This document shows positions 29,340 through 39,568 of a stretch of 64,000 nucleotides of DNA, piece after piece. The stretch is from Spirochaetia bacterium. Lineage in GTDB: Bacteria; Spirochaetota; Spirochaetia; DSM-2461. How positions within the stretch are numbered: the first letter of the stretch is position 1; each line of letters opens with the position of its first letter. The notes beneath the pieces were generated by a model. That model worked only from the letters and a program-made list of their open reading frames with translations. It made no database searches and was not told the DNA's origin. The translations under genes were made by a program, and so were the position numbers. The DNA is taken from contig OY764216.1 of NCBI GenBank assembly GCA_963668315.1, positions 3,936,001 through 4,000,000 on the forward strand, given 5' to 3'.

Positions 29340-32300
29340 TTATTTAACCAGAATGAACTCTACCCTCCGGTTTTTCCAGCTGTTTTCCGTATCGGAGAAT
29401 TCCACGACCGGATCGGTTCCTCCCCGGCCGATGAAGGAGAGACGGTTCTTGTCTATTCCCTGAGCGATCAGAGCATTCATAACCGTTTCGGCACGGGCTT
29501 CGCTCAAAGGCTGCAGCTCTTCGGCCTCCTCCTTCTTGGCCCTTTCAGCGTCGTACCAGAACACGCTGTTGGCATGACCTTCCACGACAACCTGGTAACG
29601 GTTGTACCGGCTGAGGATCTGGGCGATTCTGGTAAGGATCCACTCATTCTTGCTCCCCTTCTCACCGGTTGTTTCCAGATTGGCCTGACTGGGTTCGAAG
29701 GTAATGCTGGAGATCATAATCTTCAGATTGTCCCCGTCCCTGATGACCAGAACGTCAACGGGGATTTCTCCCTCTTTGACGGAAGTATTACCCATAACAT
29801 CGGTTACGGTCAGCTTCCAGGTATAATCTTCGGCAGACTGAACAAGTTCGCCCCGACTGCTCCGGCCGTCCCAGATGATTCGTCCGGTAGGCTTGCCCTT
29901 TCCGCCGTAGCTTATGAACTCGTTACCCTTGGGATCGAGTATCTCCATGCTCCACGATTCGACGGCACTGATGTCCTGAACCCCCATGGTGATGGTCAGT
30001 TCATCGTCCACATTGTCGTCATCGGGACTGAAGGGCAGAGGATTCATCACGACTCTGGTCTCCGGAGCGGAGTTGTCAAGAATGAACTGGGCCGTTTCGG
30101 CTTCAGGACTGTTTCCCTTGTTGTACACAACGGAATAGCGGGCCGTATAGGCGCCTTCGGTTATGACGCCGGAATCACCTTTGCCGTCCCAGAGAAAACT
30201 TTCAGGAGGTACTCCCGAGCCCTTTACGGTTTTGACAACGCCCCGGGTCTGATGAACCATTTCAAGGGTCCATTCGGATATGCCTTCGGTGAGCTTGGTG
30301 ACCATGGCGAATTCCTGGGTGGAAACATCCTCCTTACCCGAAGGTGAAAAGATGTCCCTTTCCGCAGTAAGGAAAATCTGAGTGGCCCGGCTGTCAATGA
30401 CCATGGGGCCGAAGCTTTTTTCCGTCCGGTTTCCCGCTTTATCCGTAGAAACAACCCGATAGGTATAGGAACCGTTGGGAAGAATATTACCCGAATTGTC
30501 ACGACCTTCCCAGAGAAGATTATTCAGCCTGTCCTTCCAGACCCAGCTGGCAACGGCTTCTCCGGACCTGTTCAGGATTTCACCGGTGAACAGCTCCTCA
30601 TTACTGGAGGACTGGGTAAGAAGAACCCCGTCCTTGTTGCCGTCCCCGTCGGGCGAGAAGAGAGTCAGATCGCCGCTGAGTTCAATCTCGGGATAAACAC
30701 GGTCAATCAGGATCTCGGGAGAGGAGACAGCGATGGAGTCACCCCTTTCCAGTTCGACAGTCAGGAAGAGATGGGTATAGCCGTCCATAACGGAACCGCC
30801 GTTCCAGCGGAAGGAAGAAGGAAGTCCTTCGCCCTCGCTTATTACGGCCATTTCAACGTTATCACGGTTGAGAGCCGTCAGTTTATGGCGGCTGACGGGA
30901 GAATCGCTGTTTCTCTTGACTCCGATGTTAACCGTCTCATTTATGCCGTCCCCGTTGGGCGAAAGAGATTCCCTGTCCAGGGTGAGGAATAGTTCCACAC
31001 TGGATGTATCGGCGGTAAAGGCGATATCCTGAGACCGGCCGTAATTACCGGCGCTGTCCTTTGTCTCCACATAGTAGGTAAAGGAGGCTTCTCCTGTTAC
31101 GCTGTTGCCGTTCTCGTAGAGTCCGTTCCAGCTGAGGGAGGAAGGTACCGTACCGTGCCACTGATAGGATTTAACGGTGTCCCCTGCTTCATCCTGTATG
31201 TATCCGTACCAGACCTGTTCTTCAGAACTGGACTGGCTGAATTTGATTTCGTCCCGGTTTCCGTCCCCGTCGGGGGAGAAGAGCAGCGGGGAAGCACTGA
31301 CACGTATCACCGGTTTCGTCGTATCAACGACAAAGGGAGGTGTATAGACTACGGGGGAGAATCCATTCTGATAGGAAGCGTCGAGACGCGCCTTGTAGGT
31401 GCCTTCCTTGAGCCAGCTTCCCGAAGCATCCTTACCGTCAAAGGTAATTCCCGACTGGGTTAGGAGGTCACGGCTGTTTCTCTGATTCCAGCTGCGGTAG
31501 ACCCTGCCGCTGTCATCAATGATATCGAGACTCCATTCGGCCAGTCCCTTCACAGTGGAAATGCTGAAACCTATCTCCACTTCGGATATATCGCTCTCCG
31601 TACCGGGAGAAAAGGAGGCACGGTCGATGGTCAGAGCCAGTTCGGGCTGAGCCGTATTGATGAGAATATTTCCCACCGAGGAGGAAACGCCGTTTCCCGC
31701 CCTGTCCGTGGTAGCCATAACATATTCATAAACACCGTCGGGAAGGACTTCGCCTTCGTCATCGGTACCGTCCCAGACCAATTCCTCCGGAGCCCCGTCG
31801 GACCAGGTAAAGGTACGGTAAACCTCTCCCGAGGCATCCCGGATCTCTCCGGTCCAGGTCTCTTCCGAAGAACCGGACTGGGGAATCGTCAGACTGTCCT
31901 TTCTTCCGTCTCCGTCGGGAGAGAAAATCAGGTCTGTTCCCGAAGGAGCCTCAACGGCCAGTTCGGGCGCCGTATTGTCAATATGAAAATAGGCCGGATT
32001 TGTGGTGGTTAAATTTTCATTATCGTCCCAGAATTCGAAGACGAAGGAGTATTCTCCGTCGGGAGGGGTATCGCCCGAATCGGAAACACCGTCCCATCGG
32101 AATGTTTCGGGAACGGTAACGGACTGTTTCTCGGCGAAAAGCCTGTCAAAGAAGTTGGAGAAGGTGGCATTTTCCGGCCGTTCGTCCTTGTTATAGATCT
32201 CTTTGACCGTATTTCCCTTGCTGTCCTTGACGGTAATTTTATATCCTTCGATATATCTGTCGTCCTTTACGGTAAAGGGAACGGTCAGTTCGTCCTGTGT

Positions 32301-33362
32301 TCCGTCGTAATTGGGAGAGATATAGGAGACAGCGTAGTCATCTTTGTCGTAGTCAACGGTGACCTCGGGAGACTCCTTGTCTCTGACTCCCATGGGAAGG
32401 GTTACACCGGCGCCGAAAGCGGCAATGCCGTCATAAAGCATCTTCCCTCCGCCGGAAAGCCTCATTTCAGAAGAGGAAAGCTTATCGCTCTCCTCATCGG
32501 GAGTGAGGGGGATGACAACGTTCACTCCCAGCCCGGGAATGACCGTCTGCCAGTCATCGTTCATGAGATCCTGGGCTGAAACGGATATACCGGTGGAGAC
32601 AGAGAGTCTCTCTCCCACAAGGAAATCGGCTCCCAGATCAATTTTCAGATCGGAAACAGCCGGCAGGGAGAGGCCCGCCCGGGCTTTCATGGTAAATCCG
32701 CCGTCCTCGAGGACAACAGCTTTCATGCCAACGGCGGGGGTGAGGTTTTCGGGAACGGCCGCCCAGAATCCTCTGGATTCGGGGGAGTAGCTCAGACCTA
32801 CCCGGTTCAGTACGGCGGCGAACTCGGTGTCCCTGAGGAAACCCAGATCGCCGTACATAAAGGTCAGGCCGAAGGAGGCGGCCAGGCCCCAGTTTCCGGA
32901 GAGCCCGTAAGTCCCGTTCAGTCCGAATCCGAAATGAACGTCCTCGTACAGCTCTTTGGAAAAAACGACATCACCGCCCACGGCGGTTCCGAAATTAAGG
33001 GATGTATCGTCGAAGGCGGACATATCGGAAACATGAACCGCCGATGTGAGAACACCTATTTTCATAGGAACGGAAAGGGCAAGATTCAGGCTGTGCCCCA
33101 TACCCCCGTAGGATCCGTCCCCATCATCAAACTGTTCCAGATTGATATAGTTCAGATCCAGAATGTACCTCTGGAATCCGGCAGCCGCCGCCGGGTTGAT
33201 GGTTACGGCCTGGGGTGTTTCCCTGTTGAACATATTAAAGCCCTGGGAAAGAAAAAGGGGCGAAGCCAGGTTGTATTCAAGCTCACCAGCCGATCCCGGC
33301 AAAGCTGTCACCAGTATAGGACAGATCATAAATATCAGTAAAAATAAGGCATGTTTTTTCAC
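29340..33362 (-). CDS. Large exported protein: N-terminal beta-rich domain, FlgD-Ig-like repeats, C-terminal OmpA domain
   Basis: Signal peptide; repeated FSPDGDG..D / WDG.D..G...PDG.Y units; EGHAN, LSEARA, NRRVEF. Confidence 0.85.
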   Translation of the reverse strand: MKKHALFLLIFMICPILVTALPGSAGELEYNLASPLFLSQGFNMFNRETPQAVTINPAAAAGFQRYILDLNYINLEQFDDGDGSYGGMGHSLNLALSVPMKIGVLTSAVHVSDMSAFDDTSLNFGTAVGGDVVFSKELYEDVHFGFGLNGTYGLSGNWGLAASFGLTFMYGDLGFLRDTEFAAVLNRVGLSYSPESRGFWAAVPENLTPAVGMKAVVLEDGGFTMKARAGLSLPAVSDLKIDLGADFLVGERLSVSTGISVSAQDLMNDDWQTVIPGLGVNVVIPLTPDEESDKLSSSEMRLSGGGKMLYDGIAAFGAGVTLPMGVRDKESPEVTVDYDKDDYAVSYISPNYDGTQDELTVPFTVKDDRYIEGYKITVKDSKGNTVKEIYNKDERPENATFSNFFDRLFAEKQSVTVPETFRWDGVSDSGDTPPDGEYSFVFEFWDDNENLTTTNPAYFHIDNTAPELAVEAPSGTDLIFSPDGDGRKDSLTIPQSGSSEETWTGEIRDASGEVYRTFTWSDGAPEELVWDGTDDEGEVLPDGVYEYVMATTDRAGNGVSSSVGNILINTAQPELALTIDRASFSPGTESDISEVEIGFSISTVKGLAEWSLDIIDDSGRVYRSWNQRNSRDLLTQSGITFDGKDASGSWLKEGTYKARLDASYQNGFSPVVYTPPFVVDTTKPVIRVSASPLLFSPDGDGNRDEIKFSQSSSEEQVWYGYIQDEAGDTVKSYQWHGTVPSSLSWNGLYENGNSVTGEASFTYYVETKDSAGNYGRSQDIAFTADTSSVELFLTLDRESLSPNGDGINETVNIGVKRNSDSPVSRHKLTALNRDNVEMAVISEGEGLPSSFRWNGGSVMDGYTHLFLTVELERGDSIAVSSPEILIDRVYPEIELSGDLTLFSPDGDGNKDGVLLTQSSSNEELFTGEILNRSGEAVASWVWKDRLNNLLWEGRDNSGNILPNGSYTYRVVSTDKAGNRTEKSFGPMVIDSRATQIFLTAERDIFSPSGKEDVSTQEFAMVTKLTEGISEWTLEMVHQTRGVVKTVKGSGVPPESFLWDGKGDSGVITEGAYTARYSVVYNKGNSPEAETAQFILDNSAPETRVVMNPLPFSPDDDNVDDELTITMGVQDISAVESWSMEILDPKGNEFISYGGKGKPTGRIIWDGRSSRGELVQSAEDYTWKLTVTDVMGNTSVKEGEIPVDVLVIRDGDNLKIMISSITFEPSQANLETTGEKGSKNEWILTRIAQILSRYNRYQVVVEGHANSVFWYDAERAKKEEAEELQPLSEARAETVMNALIAQGIDKNRLSFIGRGGTDPVVEFSDTENSWKNRRVEFILVK

Positions 33363-33458
33363 GGCATTCTCCTATTATTATCTGTCTAGTATAACACATT
33401 CCCCCGAAAAAATGATATAATGGCCTTTTATTTTTCCATACTCGAGGAGTTGAAACGC

Positions 33459-34223
33459 ATGTCATTGGCAAATAACGATAAGGAGTGGTTCGAAAGCGAC
33501 TGGTTCTGGGAAACCTTCGGCCCCATCATGTTCGACCAGGGAACCATGTCCAAAACAGAAGAGGAAGCGGAAGGTGTCATCCGTCTTGCCGGAGTTGCTC
33601 CGGAATCACGTATATTCGATATCTGCTGCGGTTTCGGCCGCCACTCCCTGGAGCTGGGCCGCTGGGGCTATAACATGACGGGTATGGACAGGACGGCGGC
33701 CTATATAAAAAGAGCTCAGACGTCTGCCGCGGAGGAGGATCTCCCCTGCCGTTTTCTTGAAGGCGACGTGCGGACCGACCGGCCGGAAGGCCTTTTCGAC
33801 GGCGCCATATGCATGTGGAATTCCTTCGGCTATACGGAAGATCCCGCCGATGACGACAAAATCATCAAAAACGCCTACGACTCTCTCAAGAAGGGGGGAT
33901 TCTTCCTGCTGGATACACCGGGCAAAGAGGTTCTCGCCAGCGGATTCGAGCCGAATACCTGGTTTGAACGGGACGAGACGAAAATCCTCCTCGAATACAG
34001 CATTGAGCTGAACTGGACCGTTCTGAAAAACCGCTGGCTCTTCCTTGAGAAGGACGGAGAACTGCGGGAGTTTTCCTTCTCCCAGAGAATCTTCTCCGCC
34101 CTGGAACTGGCGCAGATGCTCTATAAGGCCGGTTTCGACTCCATAGACATCTACGGTTCCTGGCAGGGAGACCCCTATGACAACAATGCCGAAAGGCTCA
34201 TCGTCATAGGTTGGAAAGTGTAA
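33459..34223 (+). CDS. Class I SAM-dependent methyltransferase
   Basis: DICCGFGRH, GDVR, NSFGY; GAGGAG SD before the ATG. Confidence 0.88.
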   Translation: MSLANNDKEWFESDWFWETFGPIMFDQGTMSKTEEEAEGVIRLAGVAPESRIFDICCGFGRHSLELGRWGYNMTGMDRTAAYIKRAQTSAAEEDLPCRFLEGDVRTDRPEGLFDGAICMWNSFGYTEDPADDDKIIKNAYDSLKKGGFFLLDTPGKEVLASGFEPNTWFERDETKILLEYSIELNWTVLKNRWLFLEKDGELREFSFSQRIFSALELAQMLYKAGFDSIDIYGSWQGDPYDNNAERLIVIGWKV

Positions 34224-35250
34224 AATCCCCGTTTGTCAGCCTGAAAGAGTCTTTCAGGCCGGAAGACATGTATATGCGGTTATCCTTTGTGATAAACAGG
34301 GCTTCGAAGTAGTCATGGTCTTCGGCAAAGGCCATGCCCTCTTCCAGTCCCATGGAGTAAAGGGAGGTGGAAAGCCCGTCCGCCTGGGCCGACAGGGGGG
34401 TCACGATCGTGACAGCGGCCAGATTGTTGTTCACGGGAAACCCCGTGGCACTGTCCAGAATATGGTGGTACCTTACGCCGTCTACCTCGAAATAACGTTC
34501 ATAATTTCCCGAAGTGACCATGGACATGGCCTCGAGGCTGAGTATTCCCACGTAGTCCCCCCGGGCGGCCAGAGGATTCTGAAGCCCGATATTCCAGAGC
34601 GCGCCGTCCGGTTTATTTCCCATAACGAGGACATTTCCTCCGAAGTTGATGATTCCCCTTCTGGCCCCCCGGTCTTCCAGTACCTCTTTTATCCGGTCGG
34701 CTGCATACCCTTTGGCGATACCTCCCAGGTCTAGGGACATGCCGCTTTTCATGGTCACCACATTCCCGTCCAGAGCGACATTATTCCAGTCCAGAAAGGG
34801 TCTTACCCCGTCGATTTCTTCCTTCCCGGGGATCCGGGCGTTTTCCGTCCCGATACCCCAGAGATCGACGAGAGGACCGACAGCCGGATTGAACCGCCCC
34901 TTTGTCTCGGCCGCATAACCAAGGGCAAGGCGCATAAGATCGGCGGTCTCGGCAGTCAGTTCCATCGAGACGGAATCCTCTCCTCTCTCAAGGGCTTCAG
35001 CGGCCAGGCCGTTGAGCCGGCCGAGTTCGCTGGTTGCAATATGGCGGCTCAGGGTATTCTCCAGGCGGTCCACTTCTTCGAAAGCGGCTTCCGCCATAGC
35101 TGCGCTGTCTTCCTCATAGAGGGTGATCTGGCACAGTGTGTTCAAAGCGAAACGGTCAAACCGCTCCGGGGAGGCTTCTCCGCGGGAGCAATTAGTAAAC
35201 ATAAGAATGGTTATAAAAATCAGGATGTTATAAAAAAAAGTTTTTCCCAT
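34204..35250 (-). CDS. apbE: FAD:protein FMN transferase (ApbE/Ftp) lipoprotein
   Basis: DLGGIAKGYAAD, GGN, TSGNYER, YHHILD, ADGLST. Confidence 0.93.
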   Translation of the reverse strand: MGKTFFYNILIFITILMFTNCSRGEASPERFDRFALNTLCQITLYEEDSAAMAEAAFEEVDRLENTLSRHIATSELGRLNGLAAEALERGEDSVSMELTAETADLMRLALGYAAETKGRFNPAVGPLVDLWGIGTENARIPGKEEIDGVRPFLDWNNVALDGNVVTMKSGMSLDLGGIAKGYAADRIKEVLEDRGARRGIINFGGNVLVMGNKPDGALWNIGLQNPLAARGDYVGILSLEAMSMVTSGNYERYFEVDGVRYHHILDSATGFPVNNNLAAVTIVTPLSAQADGLSTSLYSMGLEEGMAFAEDHDYFEALFITKDNRIYMSSGLKDSFRLTNGDFTLSNL

Positions 35251-35336
35251 GCCGGGGATTTTATGTTAAAATGGCGTTGCTGTAAACAGCGCGGGGTGCC
35301 TGTCTCCATGTTTATTTAATAAGGAAGATCGTTTTA

Positions 35337-37442
35337 GTGAAAATACGTGCAAAACTGCTTCTCCTTGAAGGTAGTATAACCGGTATTCTATTTCTCAGCC
35401 TTATCCTGTCCGTCTACTCCCTCATCAGCCTGTCCGGTATAAATACTCTTTACAGGGAACTTCTTGACAAGAACACAGAAACCAAACAGCTGCGCCTGAA
35501 AATGGAGGAGATCCTTTATTTTCCCTCCGCCCAGATTACGGATTTCATACAACTGGAAAAAGAGTGGACCTCCCTGACCATATCCCTGGGCCAGTCCAAC
35601 AACAGCAGAGCCGTTAAAATGCTGGGCCGGGATTTCCATTCCTCCCTGGACAGGATTGAGAAAGAGTGGCGCATCCTCTCCAGCGACAGGAATATCTCCG
35701 ATTATCATGTTTTCTTTGAAGATTACCTCAGGGAAAACAGTACCCAGACAAGCGGTTTATACTCCTATTCGGAGAACAGCGAGGACAGGGAAACGAAACA
35801 GGTGGTGTCCCTCTTCAGAAACATCGTTGAGGAGCTGATTAAAATCGACGTGCGCGAAGATGAGCTTATCGATTCCATACAGCCCCAGATCCCCCAGGTC
35901 ATGCGAAGGACCATTATCCGCATCATCGGGGGAAACATACTGGCCCTTATCGTAACCATCATAATTGCTTTTATATTCGGCAGCCGCTTTCTGGATAATA
36001 TCACCCGCATCAAATACTCGATAAACCGTGTTTCCAGCGGAGAATTTTCCCATAAGCTGCAGATCTCATCAAACGATGAATTCGGCCGGCTGGCCCGGGA
36101 TTTCAATGCCGTTACTGAAGCGCTCTGGGCCAAGCTGGAATCTGTGCAGAGCATTCTTAACGACGTGGGTGAATCAATCAGCAATGAGATTGACGTGGAG
36201 AAAGTGGAAAAGGCCATTGTCTACCTGGGCCTCAAGAGTTCCGACGCGTCCGGGGCCGCCCTTTATCTGTTCAATGACGACAATACGGAACTTCTTCTCA
36301 CCTATGGCGTAGGTGATTTCCGGCCGCCCTACCCCCTGGGAGAGGAGAAAGAGAACGTTCTCCCCTTCAAATCCACCGATGAAACCCTCGCTTCCTTCAG
36401 AGACATCCCCGTCAAGGTAGGAGAGCATCTCATAGGAGAAGCCGCCCAGAAGGGAGAGGCGATTATCATCAAGAGGACCTACTCCTCTTCCTTCGCCCGG
36501 CCCCATAACCATCCCTACCACATCAACTCGGCCATCGCCATTCCCATCCGGACGGGAAACGTGGTTCTGGGAGTACTCTGCCTTATCCATACGGACGACA
36601 CCTATTTCTCCGACCTGGAACTTGCCAATGCCCAGTCATTCTGCGAGCTGGCCGCCATATCGATTGACAATCTGATGAAATATAACGAGATGCTCGGCGT
36701 ATTCGAACTGAACAGGGAGATCGACATCGCCGCGCAGATTCAGCAGAATCTTCTTCCCCAGCAGATTCCCCGCCTCCGCCATACGGACATGTCCTTTCAG
36801 ACACGGACATGCCGCGGTATCAACGGGGATTTCTACGACTGTTACATGAATGACAAGGAGACCATCCTCATCACCATCTGCGAAGTCGCCGGAAAAGGCG
36901 TTCCCGCCGCCCTGGTTATCACGATGATCAAGACAATCCTCAAGCTTGTGGCCAAACCGGGACTGAACGCCGCCGAGATCATAGGCGCCCTGAACAGGAA
37001 TATCACCGAGAAAATCAGGATAGAAAACATCGCCGCCCTCTCACTGATTCTTTATAATCAGACCACGGGCAGCCTCTCTTACGCTTCGGCCGGAACACAG
37101 CCCATGCTGCTCTACCGCTCCCGTTCGAATGAGTACGAAGAGATTCTTCCCCAGGGTATTCCCGTAGGCCTTGATAAGAAAGCCGACTACGAGGAAAGCC
37201 GCCTAAGCCTTGACAAGGGCGATTTTCTCATGCTGTTCACCGACGGGATTCCGGAAGCCCGGAACAGCGCCGGTAAAGAGTACGGCATCGACTCTCTGAA
37301 GAAATTAGCCCTCTCCGCCAGGGAAGGATCGGCCGAAGAGATGGTACACGAAATCATAGAAGACCTCGATTATTTCCACCGGAACTCCCACCAGTGGGAC
37401 GATCAGACAATTTTCGCGTTGAAAAGAGAAGGAGAACTCTAA
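35337..37442 (+). CDS. Membrane HAMP-GAF-PP2C (SpoIIE/RsbU-like) phosphatase
   Basis: Two TMs, HAMP DEFGRLA, GAF, GDFYD, EVAGKG, FTDG, DDQT. Confidence 0.87.
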   Translation: MKIRAKLLLLEGSITGILFLSLILSVYSLISLSGINTLYRELLDKNTETKQLRLKMEEILYFPSAQITDFIQLEKEWTSLTISLGQSNNSRAVKMLGRDFHSSLDRIEKEWRILSSDRNISDYHVFFEDYLRENSTQTSGLYSYSENSEDRETKQVVSLFRNIVEELIKIDVREDELIDSIQPQIPQVMRRTIIRIIGGNILALIVTIIIAFIFGSRFLDNITRIKYSINRVSSGEFSHKLQISSNDEFGRLARDFNAVTEALWAKLESVQSILNDVGESISNEIDVEKVEKAIVYLGLKSSDASGAALYLFNDDNTELLLTYGVGDFRPPYPLGEEKENVLPFKSTDETLASFRDIPVKVGEHLIGEAAQKGEAIIIKRTYSSSFARPHNHPYHINSAIAIPIRTGNVVLGVLCLIHTDDTYFSDLELANAQSFCELAAISIDNLMKYNEMLGVFELNREIDIAAQIQQNLLPQQIPRLRHTDMSFQTRTCRGINGDFYDCYMNDKETILITICEVAGKGVPAALVITMIKTILKLVAKPGLNAAEIIGALNRNITEKIRIENIAALSLILYNQTTGSLSYASAGTQPMLLYRSRSNEYEEILPQGIPVGLDKKADYEESRLSLDKGDFLMLFTDGIPEARNSAGKEYGIDSLKKLALSAREGSAEEMVHEIIEDLDYFHRNSHQWDDQTIFALKREGEL

Positions 37443-39565
37443 TGAAATTATCTTCCCGACTTCCCCTTTTTCAGACGATCATTCTGATTCTTTTTTCTCT
37501 GACCCTGACCCTGGCTCTGTTTGTTTTCAGGGAGATAAACAGACTTTCCCTGCAGATTGTTCTTCTTGACAATATGCATAGCGACGTATTGAACCTGAAC
37601 GACGAACTGGGTATAAATCTTTATAAACCTCAGATACCGTCTGTGGGATATTACAAACTCTCCCAGCAGATCAACGGCATTGATCATCTTATTGTACAGC
37701 TCAAGGATAACCAGAAACAGAGCCGGGGGGAGTCCAGCTACAAGGAGAGAACCGATCTCCTGATCAATCAGTGGGAAAGCATCAGGGAAGCCCAGATTGA
37801 GCCCCTCCTTCTTGAACTACGCGATTTCCAGCCCCTGGCCGGATACTACACATTCAACGTATACGGCATGAAGGGCTCCCTGCGGCCCCTCTACCAGAGC
37901 GGGCAGGATGAACTGTATCTGCAGCTCAGATCCATCATCAGCCTGATGGAGTCCCTTCAGACGAAAATAACGATAAACCTGGCGGGAATGACGGAAACCA
38001 CCTCGGTTATGGTGGAAAGGGAAATAGATCAGTTCAGCAGAAATATGGTGCGAAACGCCCTGGTCGTTACAGCCGTCATGCTGGCCATAAGCATTGCCCT
38101 TTCCCTTTACCTCTCCTATTCCATAGCGGGTAATATCAAAAGAGTAGACGACGCCATCGCTCAGGTGGCCTCGGGAAACTTCCATTATACCCTCAAAACG
38201 GCGGGGGATGATGAGTTCAGCGAGATAGCCGGGGGATTTAATACTCTGACCGAAATGCTCTGGTTCCGGATCGATTCGCTAAAGGATATCATGCGGGACA
38301 TCGGCAATGCGGTGGAGAAGGAAGTCTCCGCCGAATCCCTCTACTCCCTGATTCTGGAGCTGGCGATTGACAGTACCGGTGCGGACAGCGCCATCCTGAT
38401 GCTTTACGACGAAAAGGAGAATGCCCTGACCATGGGATACCAGCTGGGCTTTTTCCCCCCACCCGTCAAGATTCCCCGCAACGTGCGGGTCAAAAGGGAA
38501 AACATAAGGGAGTGGTTCGACTCAACGAAAATCCCCCTGACCGGTAATATTCTGGGAGATTCCTGCAACAGAGGCAGTTCCTTCTTCATACACGATAATG
38601 AGCACCAGGGTGGACTGCCCGAGAACCGCGACAAGAGGGATTCCCACTTTATCAGCTCCTCCATTATCCTCAGCCTGAATTCCCCGGAAAAGAAAATCGG
38701 TCTTATCGCCCTGGCGAAAACCCGTCCGGACAACCTTTTCACAGACCTGGATTATACTTATATGAAATCCTTCGCCAATTTCGTCACCATAACCATGGAC
38801 AATTTCGAAAAATACCAGGAACTCGTTAAAAAACATGAAATAAACAAGGAAATAGAAGTGGCCGCCGAAATCCAGGGGACCCTGCTTCCGGGACGGATGC
38901 CGCCCATGGGATATACCAGAATATCCGCGTTCTCCCATCCCGCGAAGGGAGTCAGCGGAGACTATTACGACGTATTCTCCCTGGACAAACAGAGAACGGC
39001 GGTCATCATATGCGACGTTTCGGGGAAAGGAATTCCCGCGTCCCTGTTCATGGTCATGTTCAGAACGGTTCTGAGAACCGTATCGTCTCCCCGGATGAAT
39101 GCCTCCCAGATTCTGACGGCGGTCAACAGGGAAATATCGGGAAACTTCCTGAGCGGCACTTTCGCCACCGCATCCCTACTCATTATCAACCACGCCACGA
39201 ACAGCATCTCCTTTTCCAACGGAGCCCATCATCCCCTGTACATCTACCGATCGGACAAAACGGCGTTCGTGAAATTCGATACGGAAGGCCTGCCCCTGGG
39301 AATAGATATCAGGGGAGAATACGGTCATAAAAACATCAAAGTGAATAAGGGAGATTATCTTTTCCTTTTTACGGACGGATTAACGGAAGCAAGAAATATC
39401 AAGGGAGAGGAACTTGGCACAGGCCGGCTGTTAAAATATGCCAGCCAGTTCACCGATCAGTCTCCCGACAGGATGAAGGAGCTCATAGAAGATCTGATCC
39501 GTAATTTCGAGGGTGAGGCCGGACAGCATGATGACGAGACCTTCCTGGCTATCCGTATCGGCTGA
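37442..39565 (+). CDS. Membrane HAMP-GAF-PP2C (SpoIIE/RsbU-like) phosphatase
   Basis: Same architecture; GDYYD, DVSGKG, FTDG, DDET; TAATG coupling to the upstream paralogue. Confidence 0.88.
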   Translation: MKLSSRLPLFQTIILILFSLTLTLALFVFREINRLSLQIVLLDNMHSDVLNLNDELGINLYKPQIPSVGYYKLSQQINGIDHLIVQLKDNQKQSRGESSYKERTDLLINQWESIREAQIEPLLLELRDFQPLAGYYTFNVYGMKGSLRPLYQSGQDELYLQLRSIISLMESLQTKITINLAGMTETTSVMVEREIDQFSRNMVRNALVVTAVMLAISIALSLYLSYSIAGNIKRVDDAIAQVASGNFHYTLKTAGDDEFSEIAGGFNTLTEMLWFRIDSLKDIMRDIGNAVEKEVSAESLYSLILELAIDSTGADSAILMLYDEKENALTMGYQLGFFPPPVKIPRNVRVKRENIREWFDSTKIPLTGNILGDSCNRGSSFFIHDNEHQGGLPENRDKRDSHFISSSIILSLNSPEKKIGLIALAKTRPDNLFTDLDYTYMKSFANFVTITMDNFEKYQELVKKHEINKEIEVAAEIQGTLLPGRMPPMGYTRISAFSHPAKGVSGDYYDVFSLDKQRTAVIICDVSGKGIPASLFMVMFRTVLRTVSSPRMNASQILTAVNREISGNFLSGTFATASLLIINHATNSISFSNGAHHPLYIYRSDKTAFVKFDTEGLPLGIDIRGEYGHKNIKVNKGDYLFLFTDGLTEARNIKGEELGTGRLLKYASQFTDQSPDRMKELIEDLIRNFEGEAGQHDDETFLAIRIG

Positions 39566-39568
39566 GAA

